Shown here: positions 12,583 to 21,483 of the stretch, one piece after another
Position numbering within the stretch: the stretch's first letter is position 1
Layout: the number at the start of each line of letters is the position of its first letter
Assembly (NCBI GenBank): GCA_963817955.1
Contig: CAWFQK010000005.1
Span: 128,001 to 192,000, forward strand
Direction: 5' to 3'
DNA: 64,000 bases
From: an uncultured Gemmatimonadaceae bacterium
GTDB taxonomy: Bacteria; Gemmatimonadota; Gemmatimonadetes; Gemmatimonadales; Gemmatimonadaceae
Notes under the pieces: model-generated
Database searches by the model: none
Seen by the model: only the letters and a program-made list of their open reading frames with translations
Told to the model about the DNA's origin: nothing
Made by a program: the position numbers and the translations under genes

Positions 12583-12730
12583 TGGCGAGATCGCGCGCGA
12601 TAACCTGTCGAATCGATCGAAGCCGGCAGTGTCTGCGTCCAGGGCTCGCCCACTGAGAAACTGACCCACAAACTGACCACTTCGCCAAAACGCAAAGAGC
12701 CCGGCAGCACATAACGTGTTGCCGGGCTCT

Positions 12731-12775
12731 CAGTTGCCCCTCCTAGGCTCGAACTAGGACTCTCCTGATCCAGAG
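12731..12775 (-). repeat. att-like duplication of the tRNA-Gln 3' half (45 bp)
   Basis: CAGTTGCCCCTCCTAGGCTCGAACTAGGACTCTCCTGATCCAGAG is identical to 21270-21314; identity ends at the anticodon loop. Confidence 0.95.
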
Positions 12776-12894
12776 AGCGAAAAGAGCGTCGCGCTCGCGA
12801 TCCACTGCACGATCGTGGACTGGTGGCGTGCGAGCGATCGGCGCAGCTTCAGCATCGACATGCGTCCCACACCTCCTCTGCTGCTGTGATGAAG

Positions 12895-12927
12895 CGCGGG
12901 ATGGGCGACGGCCTCGCCCACCCCGCG
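12895..12927 (-). terminator. Hairpin after the PepSY gene
   Basis: Imperfect inverted repeat CGCGGGATGGGCGA...TCGCCCACCCCGCG just past the stop codon. Confidence 0.5.
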
Positions 12928-12933
12928 GCGGAG

Positions 12934-13323
12934 TTACATCCCGCTCTTCTTCTTCGTGGCCTTTTCGGCCTTGGCCTCGCCATGCTCCGACGCCGGCGAT
13001 TCGTGCTCGGTGTTGACCACCGCGCCGGTCTTCGCGTTGACGTTCACCTCTTCGATGCCAGACTTCCCCGGCACCTTGAGCTCGTACGAGTAGATGAGCC
13101 GGCCGCCCTCGTTCTCGAGCTCGACCGCCTGAATGGTGGCGTTCGGGATGCGGGCCGCGGCCGTCTTCGCCGCGTCTGCTTCGGGCACCGTTGCCTGCTT
13201 GACGAGCTTGGCCGGCAGGTCGCGCTTGTATTTGGGCGTCGGGCCCTGCGCAGCCAACGTCGCGAGCGCCGCGGTCGTGATGACGCCTGCGGTAATCAGA
13301 ACGTGCTTTATCGAACGAGCCAT
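12934..13323 (-). CDS. Exported PepSY-domain protein
   Basis: Signal peptide; AVELENEGGRLIYSYEL...EVNVNAKTGAVV; AGGAG RBS before ATG 13323. Confidence 0.88.
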   Translation of the reverse strand: MARSIKHVLITAGVITTAALATLAAQGPTPKYKRDLPAKLVKQATVPEADAAKTAAARIPNATIQAVELENEGGRLIYSYELKVPGKSGIEEVNVNAKTGAVVNTEHESPASEHGEAKAEKATKKKSGM

Positions 13324-13431
13324 AATAGTGCTCTCCTGCTTGGGATAGCGCCGCCTCTGTAGATGCGCAGCGGGAGTACGGCTGACGAAACGAGTGGTCG
13401 TCTGCGCACGGATGTAAGCTGGCAACTGCTA

Positions 13432-13451
13432 CCTGAACGCAGCCTAAACGC
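13432..13451 (-). promoter_or_regulatory. Putative OmpR-family tandem binding site upstream of the PepSY gene
   Basis: Direct repeat CCTGAACGC-AG-CCTAAACGC with 11-bp period, next to an OmpR-family regulator. Confidence 0.4.
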
Positions 13452-13467
13452 TGCTCGTGCGCGACTC

Positions 13468-14907
13468 CTACTCGCCGGCCGGCAGCCCCAACACGAACAC
13501 CGTGCCGGTCTCATCCGAGCGCGCGAGCTCGAGCGTGCCGCCGTGTGCCTCCGCGATCCATCGGGCGATGGAGAGGCCGAGTCCAGCGCCGCTCGTGACC
13601 ATATCACTATCGTGCGACCGTGCGGCGTCGCCGCGCACGAAACGATTGAAGATCGTCGGTTGGAGATCGCGCGGGATGGCCGGGCCGCGATTCTCTACCT
13701 CAATCCGATATGCTCCATCTCGGGGCGAGAGGCGCACGTCCACCGATTGGCGCGGCGCCGAGTGCTTGATCGCGTTATCGAGCAGGTTGATCAGGAGGCG
13801 GTGCAGGAGTGCCTCATCGCCAACGAACGGCGCCTCGCCAGGCGTGGCGAGGGCGATCTCCACTGCGCGGGCGTCGGCCAACGAGCGGACCTGCCGGACG
13901 CACTCCGCGACGAGCTCGTCGAGATACAGGGGCGCACGTCGGAGCGGCAGCTCGCCTGCATCGGCGCGGGAAAGAAAGAACAGATCGTCGACGATGCGTT
14001 GCAGGCGAACCGCCGCGGCGCGTACGACGACCAGCGCGTCCTCGTATTCCGCCGCGGTGCGCGGCGTTCGCGACAACGCCAGCGTCGCCTCGTTCTTCAC
14101 CACCGCGACTGGCGTCCGCAACTCGTGCGAGGCATCGGCCATGAACTGTCGCTGCTGCGCGAACGCCTGCTCGAGCCGCGCGAGCAGGCCGTTGATCACC
14201 GCCGCCAGCTGTCCCACCTCGTCGTCGGAGCGCCCGAACGGCACGCGCTCGCTCAGGTTGCTTGCCCCGATTCGCGCCGTGGCGTCGCGGACTCGCACCA
14301 TGGGCGCAAGGCTACGGCGCGCGAGCAACCAGCCGCCGAGCCAGGCGAGGAGCAACGCCACCGGGATCGCGATCGCGATCGCCGTGCGCGCTTCACCGAG
14401 GGTTTCCACGTCGTCGTGTATCGACGTCGCCGCGGCGATTGTGAACGACCCGTCGCGCATGCGCAACGGCGCCAGCGCGACGCGGTATCCGCCCTCCTCG
14501 TCGGGCAACGTCGTAGTCATCTCTCGCGCGATTGGCGCCGACGCGAACTCCGCGCCGAGGCGCCGCGCGTCGAACGGCGGCTCGGAGTCTGTGTTCGCTG
14601 ATAGCCGCGACGGCGGAATGCTCGCCGCGACCACACGGCCCGCGGCGTCGAACACGACGAACGCGATCGTCCGAAAGCGCATCTCATGCAGCACCTCGTC
14701 GGCGGCGCCTCGCGTCAACGACTGTCTGCCGCGCTCGGCGAGCAACTCCGTACGGAGATCCGACAGCGCGTCGCGCAGCGCCGCGTCCGTTCGCGTGCGC
14801 GTCGCGTACACGACGAACGTGTACGCGCCCGCCGTCACGGTTACGAGGAGCACGGCCAGAACCGCCGTGTGCCAGAGCGCGAGGCGCGCGCGAACCGACG
14901 CGAACAT
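13468..14907 (-). CDS. HAMP-domain sensor histidine kinase (CusS/QseC-like)
   Basis: Two TM segments, HAMP, FMADASHELRTP, NLLDNAIKH, GAGLGLSIA; start overlaps the regulator stop (TGATG). Confidence 0.92.
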   Translation of the reverse strand: MFASVRARLALWHTAVLAVLLVTVTAGAYTFVVYATRTRTDAALRDALSDLRTELLAERGRQSLTRGAADEVLHEMRFRTIAFVVFDAAGRVVAASIPPSRLSANTDSEPPFDARRLGAEFASAPIAREMTTTLPDEEGGYRVALAPLRMRDGSFTIAAATSIHDDVETLGEARTAIAIAIPVALLLAWLGGWLLARRSLAPMVRVRDATARIGASNLSERVPFGRSDDEVGQLAAVINGLLARLEQAFAQQRQFMADASHELRTPVAVVKNEATLALSRTPRTAAEYEDALVVVRAAAVRLQRIVDDLFFLSRADAGELPLRRAPLYLDELVAECVRQVRSLADARAVEIALATPGEAPFVGDEALLHRLLINLLDNAIKHSAPRQSVDVRLSPRDGAYRIEVENRGPAIPRDLQPTIFNRFVRGDAARSHDSDMVTSGAGLGLSIARWIAEAHGGTLELARSDETGTVFVLGLPAGE

Positions 14908-15608
14908 CACCACGTACCGTCGCCGTGGGCCCGGTCCTCGAGCTCGGCGAGCATGTACCCGGCACCGCGGCGCGTATGGATGAGCGGATGGTCCGTGCCA
15001 CCATCCACCTTCCTCCGCAAGCGACCGATGTACACTTCGAGCGCGTTGGAAAAGGGGTCGTGATTCTCGTCCCACACGTGTGCCGTGATGTCCGCGCGGC
15101 TCACGACTTCGCCGGCATGGCGCGCCAGATACTCGAGCATCGCGTACTCGCGCGTCGTGAGTGCAATCGGTCTGCCTCCGCGCGCGGCGGTCTGGCTCCG
15201 TGTGTCCACCGTGAGATCGCCGACGGCGAGCATCTCGGGCACGACCGTGTGTCCGCGGCGGAGCAGCGCCCGAATGCGCGCCAGGAGCTCGTCGAGCTCG
15301 AACGGTTTCGTGAGGTAGTCGTCGGCGCCCGCATCCAGCCCAGCGACCTTGTCGCGAATCGTGTCGCGCGCGGTGAGCATCAGGATCGGCGTACGGATGT
15401 CGCGTGCCCTCAGCGCCCGCGCGACTTCGAGGCCGTTGCGCGCCGGCAGGGCCACGTCGAGCACGATCGCATCGTACTCGTTGAGGACCGCCTGGAGCAT
15501 GGCGGTGTCGCCGTCTCGGGCGACGTCCACGGCATAGGCATTCTCTCGCAGCGCCTTCGCCAGCGAACGGGCGAGAAGCGCGTCATCTTCAGCGATGAGC
15601 ACGCGCAT
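14907..15608 (-). CDS. OmpR-family response regulator
   Basis: MRVLIAEDD, LDVALP, GLDAGADDYLTKPF, IHTRRGAGY. Confidence 0.95.
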   Translation of the reverse strand: MRVLIAEDDALLARSLAKALRENAYAVDVARDGDTAMLQAVLNEYDAIVLDVALPARNGLEVARALRARDIRTPILMLTARDTIRDKVAGLDAGADDYLTKPFELDELLARIRALLRRGHTVVPEMLAVGDLTVDTRSQTAARGGRPIALTTREYAMLEYLARHAGEVVSRADITAHVWDENHDPFSNALEVYIGRLRRKVDGGTDHPLIHTRRGAGYMLAELEDRAHGDGTW

Positions 15609-15757
15609 GGGTGAACGCCGCCTCCGCTACGTCTCGCCAGCGACGACTCATAAAAGTCATTGGATGCCGAATGGTGATGGTTGCGATTCGGCCGAGCGAG
15701 CGCCCGACGTGTCGCAACGTACCAATCCGTACCTGACGGCAGGCTAACAGCGAGCGT

Positions 15758-18700
15758 CTACGCATTGCCGAGTCGTCCGTGCGGATCGAGCAGCAGATAC
15801 AATCCCGGAAGCGCAAGCAACACGATCGGACCGGAGAGGACAAAGCCGCCGATGACGGCGATCGCGAGAGGTTGCATGAGCTGCGCACCAGAGCCCAGCG
15901 CGAGCGCGAGAGGCGCCAGCGCGAAGGCTGTCGCGAGAATCGTCATGGCCACTGGCCGCAGGCGGCGACGGGCCGCCTCGGACCACGCCTCGTACGGGGA
16001 TCGCCCGGCTTGCAAGGACAGCTTGGCCTCGTGGATCACGAAGATCGCATTCTCGCCCACGATGCCAACCATCATGATGGCGCCGACGTAGCTCGAGATG
16101 TTGAGACTCTGGCCGGTGAGCACCAGCGAACCGAGGACGCCAGCCAGCACCGACATCGCGCACAGCGCCACGACGATGGGCGCACGCCAATCGCCGAACT
16201 CGAAGAGCACGATCACGCCGACGAGCACGAGGCCCGAGAGCAGCACGTAGAGCAGACTACGGAACGACTGCTGTTGCTGCTCGTACAGTCCACCGTATTC
16301 GACCGTCATCCCGGGGCCGAGATGCGCGCTCTGCTGCACCGCGCGGCGTACGTCGCCCATTGCGCTGCCGAGGTCTCGGCCCTCGAGCCGTGCGGTGATC
16401 CCGAAGTACGTCTTCAGGTTCTCGCGATCGATCTCGACTTCCGGCGCACCGGTCCGTACGTCGGCCACCATGGCGACGGATACGAGACCGGCCGCCGGCG
16501 GTTTGGCGCGAATCTTCAGCGCCGCGAGCGATTCGGCTGGCGGCGCAAACACGCGCAGGTCATACACGCGGTCGCCGATCTGCACCGTGTCAGCCACCGT
16601 GCCGCTCACCGCGGGTTCGATCGCATCGTGAATGTCTTGCGTTGTGAGCCCGTACGCGGCCGCGGCTCCCGGCTTCACAGCGATCGTCAGCGCAGGACCC
16701 GCGATCGTCAGCCCGTTGAAGACGTCGGCCACACCCGGGACCTTGCCGACCGCGTCGGCCACGCGGCTCACGGTCTTCTCGAGCACCTGCTCCTGATCGC
16801 CGAAGATCTTCACATCGATCGGCTGCGGAGCGCCGCCCGTGAGATCGCCAATGTTGTCCTCGAGCAATTGCCCGAAATCGGTGGCGATCGCCGGTTCCAC
16901 GGCGGCGATGCGGCTGCGCAGATCCTCGATCACGGCGTCGATGTCCCGCCGCTGCTTCTTCGGCTTGAGCTTGATGACGTAGTCGCCGGTGTTGGGCTCG
17001 GTGATGAAGAATCCGAGCTGCGCCCCGGTACGCCGCGAATAGGTCGCGACGTCCGGAATGCTCATGATGACACGCTCGGCCTGCCGTAGCATCTCGTCCG
17101 TCTCGGCGAGCGACGTCCCCGGCGGTGTATGGTAGTCGAGAATGATGGATCCCTCATCCATGTGCGGCAGAAAGTCGGTGGCGATGTGGCCGTAGAGGAC
17201 ATAGGCGATGACTATCAGTACGACGACGGCTGCTGCCGGGATCACGCCGTATCCGACGACGACCCCAACGACTCGGCGGTAGAGGCGGTCGGCTCCCAAG
17301 ACGAGGGCGCGCGCCCATCGGCCCGCGCGTGGAGCCGGCGTATCCGGGAGCGAGCTGCGTGGCGCGACCGGCGCGTTGGGCACGAATGTCGTCACGGCGA
17401 CGGGTACGACGAGGAGCGCGATGAAAAACGAGACGACCAGCGTGATCGCCATCGTCAGCGCGAGCGGCTTGAAGAACGCGCCGACGACGCCGGACAACAG
17501 CGCGAACGGCAACAGAATCACCGTCGTCGCCAGACTGGAGTTGACGAGCGCGGGCAGGAGCGCACGGATGCTCGTCCCGGCCGGATCCCGGGAAGCCTCG
17601 CCGACGTCGCGCCCGTGGTGTTCGATGTCCTCGATCACGACGATTGCATCGTCTGCGATGAGGCCCAGCGCCGCCGCGACGCCCGCGAGCGTCATGAGAT
17701 TGATCGTCTGATTCAGCACGCTGAGGAACAGCGCGACGATTGCGATTGTGAGCGGAATCGCCACCACGGCGATGAGCGTCAGGCGCCAATTGCGCAGGAA
17801 CACGAGCAGCACGAGCGCCGCGAGGCCCACGCCGATCAGGATCGCGTCGCGCGTGCCGTTGACCGAATCAGAGACGAATCGCGCCTGGTCATAGAAATTG
17901 ATCCACTGCACGCCGCGGGGCAGCAGCTGCGGCTGATCGCGAAACAGTTGGGCGACCGCGGCGGCGATGGCAACCGTGTTCGCCGCCGGTTGGCGAATGA
18001 CGTTGACGAGAACGGCCGGATGGCCATTCGCCGTCGTGCGGATGTACGACGTCTGGTCCGCGACGGTGATCGTCCCGAGCTGGCCAAGGGTCGCGGCCGG
18101 CCCATTGTCGGCCGGCACGGAGAGCCGCGCGATCTCGTCGGTCCCGGTGACATGTCCATCGACGAGCGTCAAGTACAACTCGTGATTGCGCTCGATGAGG
18201 CCCGCGGACTGGACCGTGTTCTCCTTTGTGATCGCGGTGATCACGTCGGTTGCCGTCAGTCGACGTGCATCGAGCGCGCGATGATCCAGGCGCAATTGGA
18301 ACTCGCGCCGTCCCCCGCCCTGGATCTGTACCTGCGACACGCCGGGGATGCGAACGAGCGCGGGCTTGAGTGTGTACTGCGCGAAGTCGTAGAGCTGCGC
18401 CATCGTCTCCCGGTCGGAGATGAGCGCGTAGCCCTGAATCGGAAACACCGCGGGGTTCATCCACTCGACCTCGATCGTTGTCTCGTTCGGGAGAGCGGGC
18501 CGAACGCGCTGCGTCTCCGCTTCGATGCGCTGGACTGCCACGACCATGTCGGTCCCCCAGGAGAACTGCGCGTCGATCTCGCTCGATCCGCGCGACGTCG
18601 TCGAGCGCACCGACTGGATGCCCGGCACGCGCAGCATCGCCTCCTCGAGCGGCCTCGTCACGGTGGCCATCATGAGAGCCGCCGGTTCCTCGCCGACGTC

Positions 18701-18847
18701 CGCGATGACGCGCACGAGCGGAAACGTCACCGATGGAAAGATCGAGGACGGCAGACCGATGACCTTGTAGACGCCGGCAGCGGCGAGGATGGCGAGGAGC
18801 AGGAAGACGCCGACAATGCGGCGCCGCGCGACGTCGATCAGCTTCAT
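15758..18847 (-). CDS. RND efflux permease (AcrB/CusA superfamily)
   Basis: About 1029 aa; GLIADDAIVVIE, FKPLA, RRLRPVAMT, MQPLAIAVIGG; ATGA overlap with the adaptor gene. Confidence 0.93.
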   Translation of the reverse strand: MKLIDVARRRIVGVFLLLAILAAAGVYKVIGLPSSIFPSVTFPLVRVIADVGEEPAALMMATVTRPLEEAMLRVPGIQSVRSTTSRGSSEIDAQFSWGTDMVVAVQRIEAETQRVRPALPNETTIEVEWMNPAVFPIQGYALISDRETMAQLYDFAQYTLKPALVRIPGVSQVQIQGGGRREFQLRLDHRALDARRLTATDVITAITKENTVQSAGLIERNHELYLTLVDGHVTGTDEIARLSVPADNGPAATLGQLGTITVADQTSYIRTTANGHPAVLVNVIRQPAANTVAIAAAVAQLFRDQPQLLPRGVQWINFYDQARFVSDSVNGTRDAILIGVGLAALVLLVFLRNWRLTLIAVVAIPLTIAIVALFLSVLNQTINLMTLAGVAAALGLIADDAIVVIEDIEHHGRDVGEASRDPAGTSIRALLPALVNSSLATTVILLPFALLSGVVGAFFKPLALTMAITLVVSFFIALLVVPVAVTTFVPNAPVAPRSSLPDTPAPRAGRWARALVLGADRLYRRVVGVVVGYGVIPAAAVVVLIVIAYVLYGHIATDFLPHMDEGSIILDYHTPPGTSLAETDEMLRQAERVIMSIPDVATYSRRTGAQLGFFITEPNTGDYVIKLKPKKQRRDIDAVIEDLRSRIAAVEPAIATDFGQLLEDNIGDLTGGAPQPIDVKIFGDQEQVLEKTVSRVADAVGKVPGVADVFNGLTIAGPALTIAVKPGAAAAYGLTTQDIHDAIEPAVSGTVADTVQIGDRVYDLRVFAPPAESLAALKIRAKPPAAGLVSVAMVADVRTGAPEVEIDRENLKTYFGITARLEGRDLGSAMGDVRRAVQQSAHLGPGMTVEYGGLYEQQQQSFRSLLYVLLSGLVLVGVIVLFEFGDWRAPIVVALCAMSVLAGVLGSLVLTGQSLNISSYVGAIMMVGIVGENAIFVIHEAKLSLQAGRSPYEAWSEAARRRLRPVAMTILATAFALAPLALALGSGAQLMQPLAIAVIGGFVLSGPIVLLALPGLYLLLDPHGRLGNA

Positions 18848-19842
18848 TCGACAACTCGTGACCCATCCGGCAACCCAACCTGCCCGGACGTGATCACGCG
18901 TTGCCCGACCGTGAGCCTTGGCGCGATGATCTCCGCCCACATCGAGTCGACTATTCCCGGGGACACGCGCACCCAATGCGCCCGGTTGTCCGCGCTGACA
19001 ACCGCGATTTGCGTGACGCCGGTGATGTCGTCACGCAGTAGGGCGGCTTTCGGCACCGTCGGCACGTTCACGTGCTGATTCACAACGATGTCGGCGGAGC
19101 CGAACAGGCCTACGGTCACCGGAATGGACGGCGGCTCGAAATCGAGCCGCACGCGCATGGCGGCGGTCGAGCCGGTATCGGAGGGGACGACGCCCTGCAC
19201 GCGCGCGGGAATCCAGCCGAACCGCGCGGTCAGCGCGACGCGCGCTCGTTGACCCGCGTGGACGTACGCGAGATCACCCTGCGATATGTCCGCGAAGAAC
19301 AGCATCTGCCCGGTCACCGCGAGGCTGATCAGGCTGTCGCCCTGCACGACGCGCTCTCCCGTCGATGCCGCGCGCGCAATCACCACGCCACGCTTCGCGA
19401 CAGTCAGCGGCGTGAGCACCAGGTTCGCCTCTGCCACCTGCAGTGCCCGTTCGGCGTCACTCCGCTCGGCCGCGGTGCGCGCCCCGAGCAGCATCGCGCG
19501 CGCACCGCGGAGTGCGGCGTCGCTGTTCTCGGCCATGATGGTGCCGACCGACTGTCCGGCACTGACCACGTCACCGACGTTGGCCGTGAGCGCCGTGAGC
19601 ACACCGTTGAACGGTGCGCGCACGCGTTCGTCGTCGAGCACGTCGGTCTCGCCCGGTCCGCTGACCGTCTCCTCCAGGGTTCGCAGCGTCACAGGCGCCA
19701 TCGTCACGGGCGTCGAGCCAGTGTCCGCCGCCGTGCCCGGATCGCTCGTTGTGCCCATCGAGTGACCCGGATTCTTGTTGCCGGACCCGCACGCCACGCA
19801 CCACGCGATCGCGACCGCCGACCCGATGTTGCGGATGATCAC
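18844..19842 (-). CDS. RND periplasmic adaptor (MFP) lipoprotein
   Basis: CVACG lipobox-like, VRAPFNG lipoyl motif, TVPKAAL, GQRVITSGQVGL; GTGA overlap with the TolC gene. Confidence 0.9.
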   Translation of the reverse strand: MIIRNIGSAVAIAWCVACGSGNKNPGHSMGTTSDPGTAADTGSTPVTMAPVTLRTLEETVSGPGETDVLDDERVRAPFNGVLTALTANVGDVVSAGQSVGTIMAENSDAALRGARAMLLGARTAAERSDAERALQVAEANLVLTPLTVAKRGVVIARAASTGERVVQGDSLISLAVTGQMLFFADISQGDLAYVHAGQRARVALTARFGWIPARVQGVVPSDTGSTAAMRVRLDFEPPSIPVTVGLFGSADIVVNQHVNVPTVPKAALLRDDITGVTQIAVVSADNRAHWVRVSPGIVDSMWAEIIAPRLTVGQRVITSGQVGLPDGSRVVE

Positions 19843-21101
19843 GGAGTTCCCCAGCGGATGAACCGCGCTTCGGCTTGCTCGTAGTCGCGCGTGGCATCTG
19901 CTTCGGCGATTTGCGCCTCGACCCATGCGGTGTACGCGTCGAGCACATCGAGCGCGGTGCCGACGCCGCCCCGATACATGCTCTCGGCCTGCAGATAGGA
20001 GTCCCGCGCGATCGGGACTGTTCGCGTGCGAAGCTGAACGATTCGATACAAGTCATCGAGTTGCTCGACCGCGCGCGACCATTCCAGCTGTGCCTGGCGG
20101 CGGACCACGACGGCTGAATCCGCCGCTTGCCGCACGGCGAGTTGCGCTTGTGCCAGTCGCGCCTTGAAGACACCGGCGTCCCAGAGCGGCCACGTGAACC
20201 ACAACGTCAGCTCCGCGCCGCCGCCGCTTCCGGAGTTGAGCCCGGTGCCGGCGCTCGAGTTGCCCAAGGTCGGCAGCCATCCGATGTCGCCGGTGACCGA
20301 CAGCTGCGGGAGGCGATCCGCGCGCGCGATCGCCACACTGGCACGCGCCGCCGCGGCCAACGCGTCGGCTTGCGCGACATCGGGAACGGTGAGCCATGGC
20401 GCGCCCATGCTCACGCGGATCGGCGTCGGCGCAGGCAATGGCTCGAGGGCCAGGGGTTCGCGCGGTGGCCGCCCCATCAAGTCGTTCAGGTCGACCTGCG
20501 CTTCATCGAACGCGCGCTCCGCATCAGCGATGTCGGCCTCCTGGGACGCGACACGTGCCCGTGTGCGCAAGACGTCGCTCGTGACGCCTTGCCCGGCCGC
20601 CTGCCGTGCTTCGATCAGCAACAGGTAGGCGCGGAGCCGATCGAGACTCGAGCGCCTGATCTCGATCGTGCGTTGTGCGTCGAGCCCATCGGCAAACCGG
20701 AGTCGCACGCCCAGGTCGACGTCCTTCTGCGTGACGCGATACCCCGCCGCCGCGGCTCGCGCGATGTGCTCGGCGTTCGTCTGGTTGGCGCGCATCCGGC
20801 CTCCGTCAAAAAGCGTATCTGCGCCGATCGCCTGGAGCCGTGCGTCGCCCGACGTATATGCCCGCGGGGCGCCATCGTGCGCGTCGCCATCGAGGATCAA
20901 ACGCGGTTTGCGTCGCGCCTGCGCCTCGCGAAGCTGTTGAAGCGCGATCGACACATTCAGCGCCGCGATGGGCAGGTGGGCGTTCGCCGCCCGTGCCGCG
21001 CGCAAGGCGTCGTCCAGCGTCAGCGTCGTCTGCTGCGCTGCTGCATGGCGCGACGCGAGCGACGCTGCCACTAGCACGATCACCGCCGTTCGTCGTATCA
21101 T
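19839..21101 (-). CDS. TolC-family outer-membrane efflux protein
   Basis: Signal peptide; LTLDDALRAA, LFDGG, PLWDAG, YRGGVGTALDVLDA. Confidence 0.9.
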   Translation of the reverse strand: MIRRTAVIVLVAASLASRHAAAQQTTLTLDDALRAARAANAHLPIAALNVSIALQQLREAQARRKPRLILDGDAHDGAPRAYTSGDARLQAIGADTLFDGGRMRANQTNAEHIARAAAAGYRVTQKDVDLGVRLRFADGLDAQRTIEIRRSSLDRLRAYLLLIEARQAAGQGVTSDVLRTRARVASQEADIADAERAFDEAQVDLNDLMGRPPREPLALEPLPAPTPIRVSMGAPWLTVPDVAQADALAAAARASVAIARADRLPQLSVTGDIGWLPTLGNSSAGTGLNSGSGGGAELTLWFTWPLWDAGVFKARLAQAQLAVRQAADSAVVVRRQAQLEWSRAVEQLDDLYRIVQLRTRTVPIARDSYLQAESMYRGGVGTALDVLDAYTAWVEAQIAEADATRDYEQAEARFIRWGTP

Positions 21102-21272
21102 CGAGGCCGGTTCGGGTCGACAGATTCTCTTTCGAATCCCAAGCTCGATGCAGACACCGCGCCGACGAGCAGAATGTCATGTGCGCGACAGGTAGCACTG
21201 CTCGACCGCGGTGGGGCGCGCACGCAAACGCCCCGCACCACCGAAGTGATGCAGGGCGTTGATCTTACGCAG

Positions 21273-21345
21273 TTGCCCCTCCTAGGCTCGAACTAGGACT
21301 CTCCTGATCCAGAGTCAGGCGTGTTGCCAGTTACACCAAGGGGCA
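21273..21345 (-). tRNA. tRNA-Gln (anticodon CTG), CCA not encoded
   Basis: TGCCCCT/AGGGGCA acceptor stem, CCTGA-ctCTGga-TCAGG anticodon arm, GTTCGAG T-loop. Confidence 0.97.
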
Positions 21346-21383
21346 GTTTTCCCAGATTTGTGCCGGTTCTCCCGAACCCCTTG

Positions 21384-21412
21384 ATTATAGTTTGAGGGGG
21401 ACGGGCGATCAA
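21384..21412 (-). promoter_or_regulatory. Sigma70-type promoter of tRNA-Gln
   Basis: Minus strand TTGATC, 17 bp, TATAAT. Confidence 0.8.
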
Positions 21413-21483
21413 CCCCGACTCACCGCTCCACATGGGCCGCCCAGCCGTCGAACGCACGCCGTAACCCCAGCAGCGACTTTCAT

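Larger units (their letters stand above)
12731..21314. mobile_element. Genomic island integrated at tRNA-Gln(CTG), no integrase visible
   Basis: Bounded by the exact 45-bp direct repeat; contains six co-oriented cargo genes. Confidence 0.82.

Noticed and set aside
17129..19078. Long antisense ORFs (also 5372-7045, 13457-14983, 37996-40128 and others)
   Set aside because: These are shadow frames of well-supported genes in high-GC DNA, Arg-rich and without motifs.
12776..21272. Hidden integrase or transposase in the island
   Set aside because: No tyrosine-recombinase, serine-recombinase or DDE motifs in the listed ORFs, and the cargo genes fill nearly all the space.
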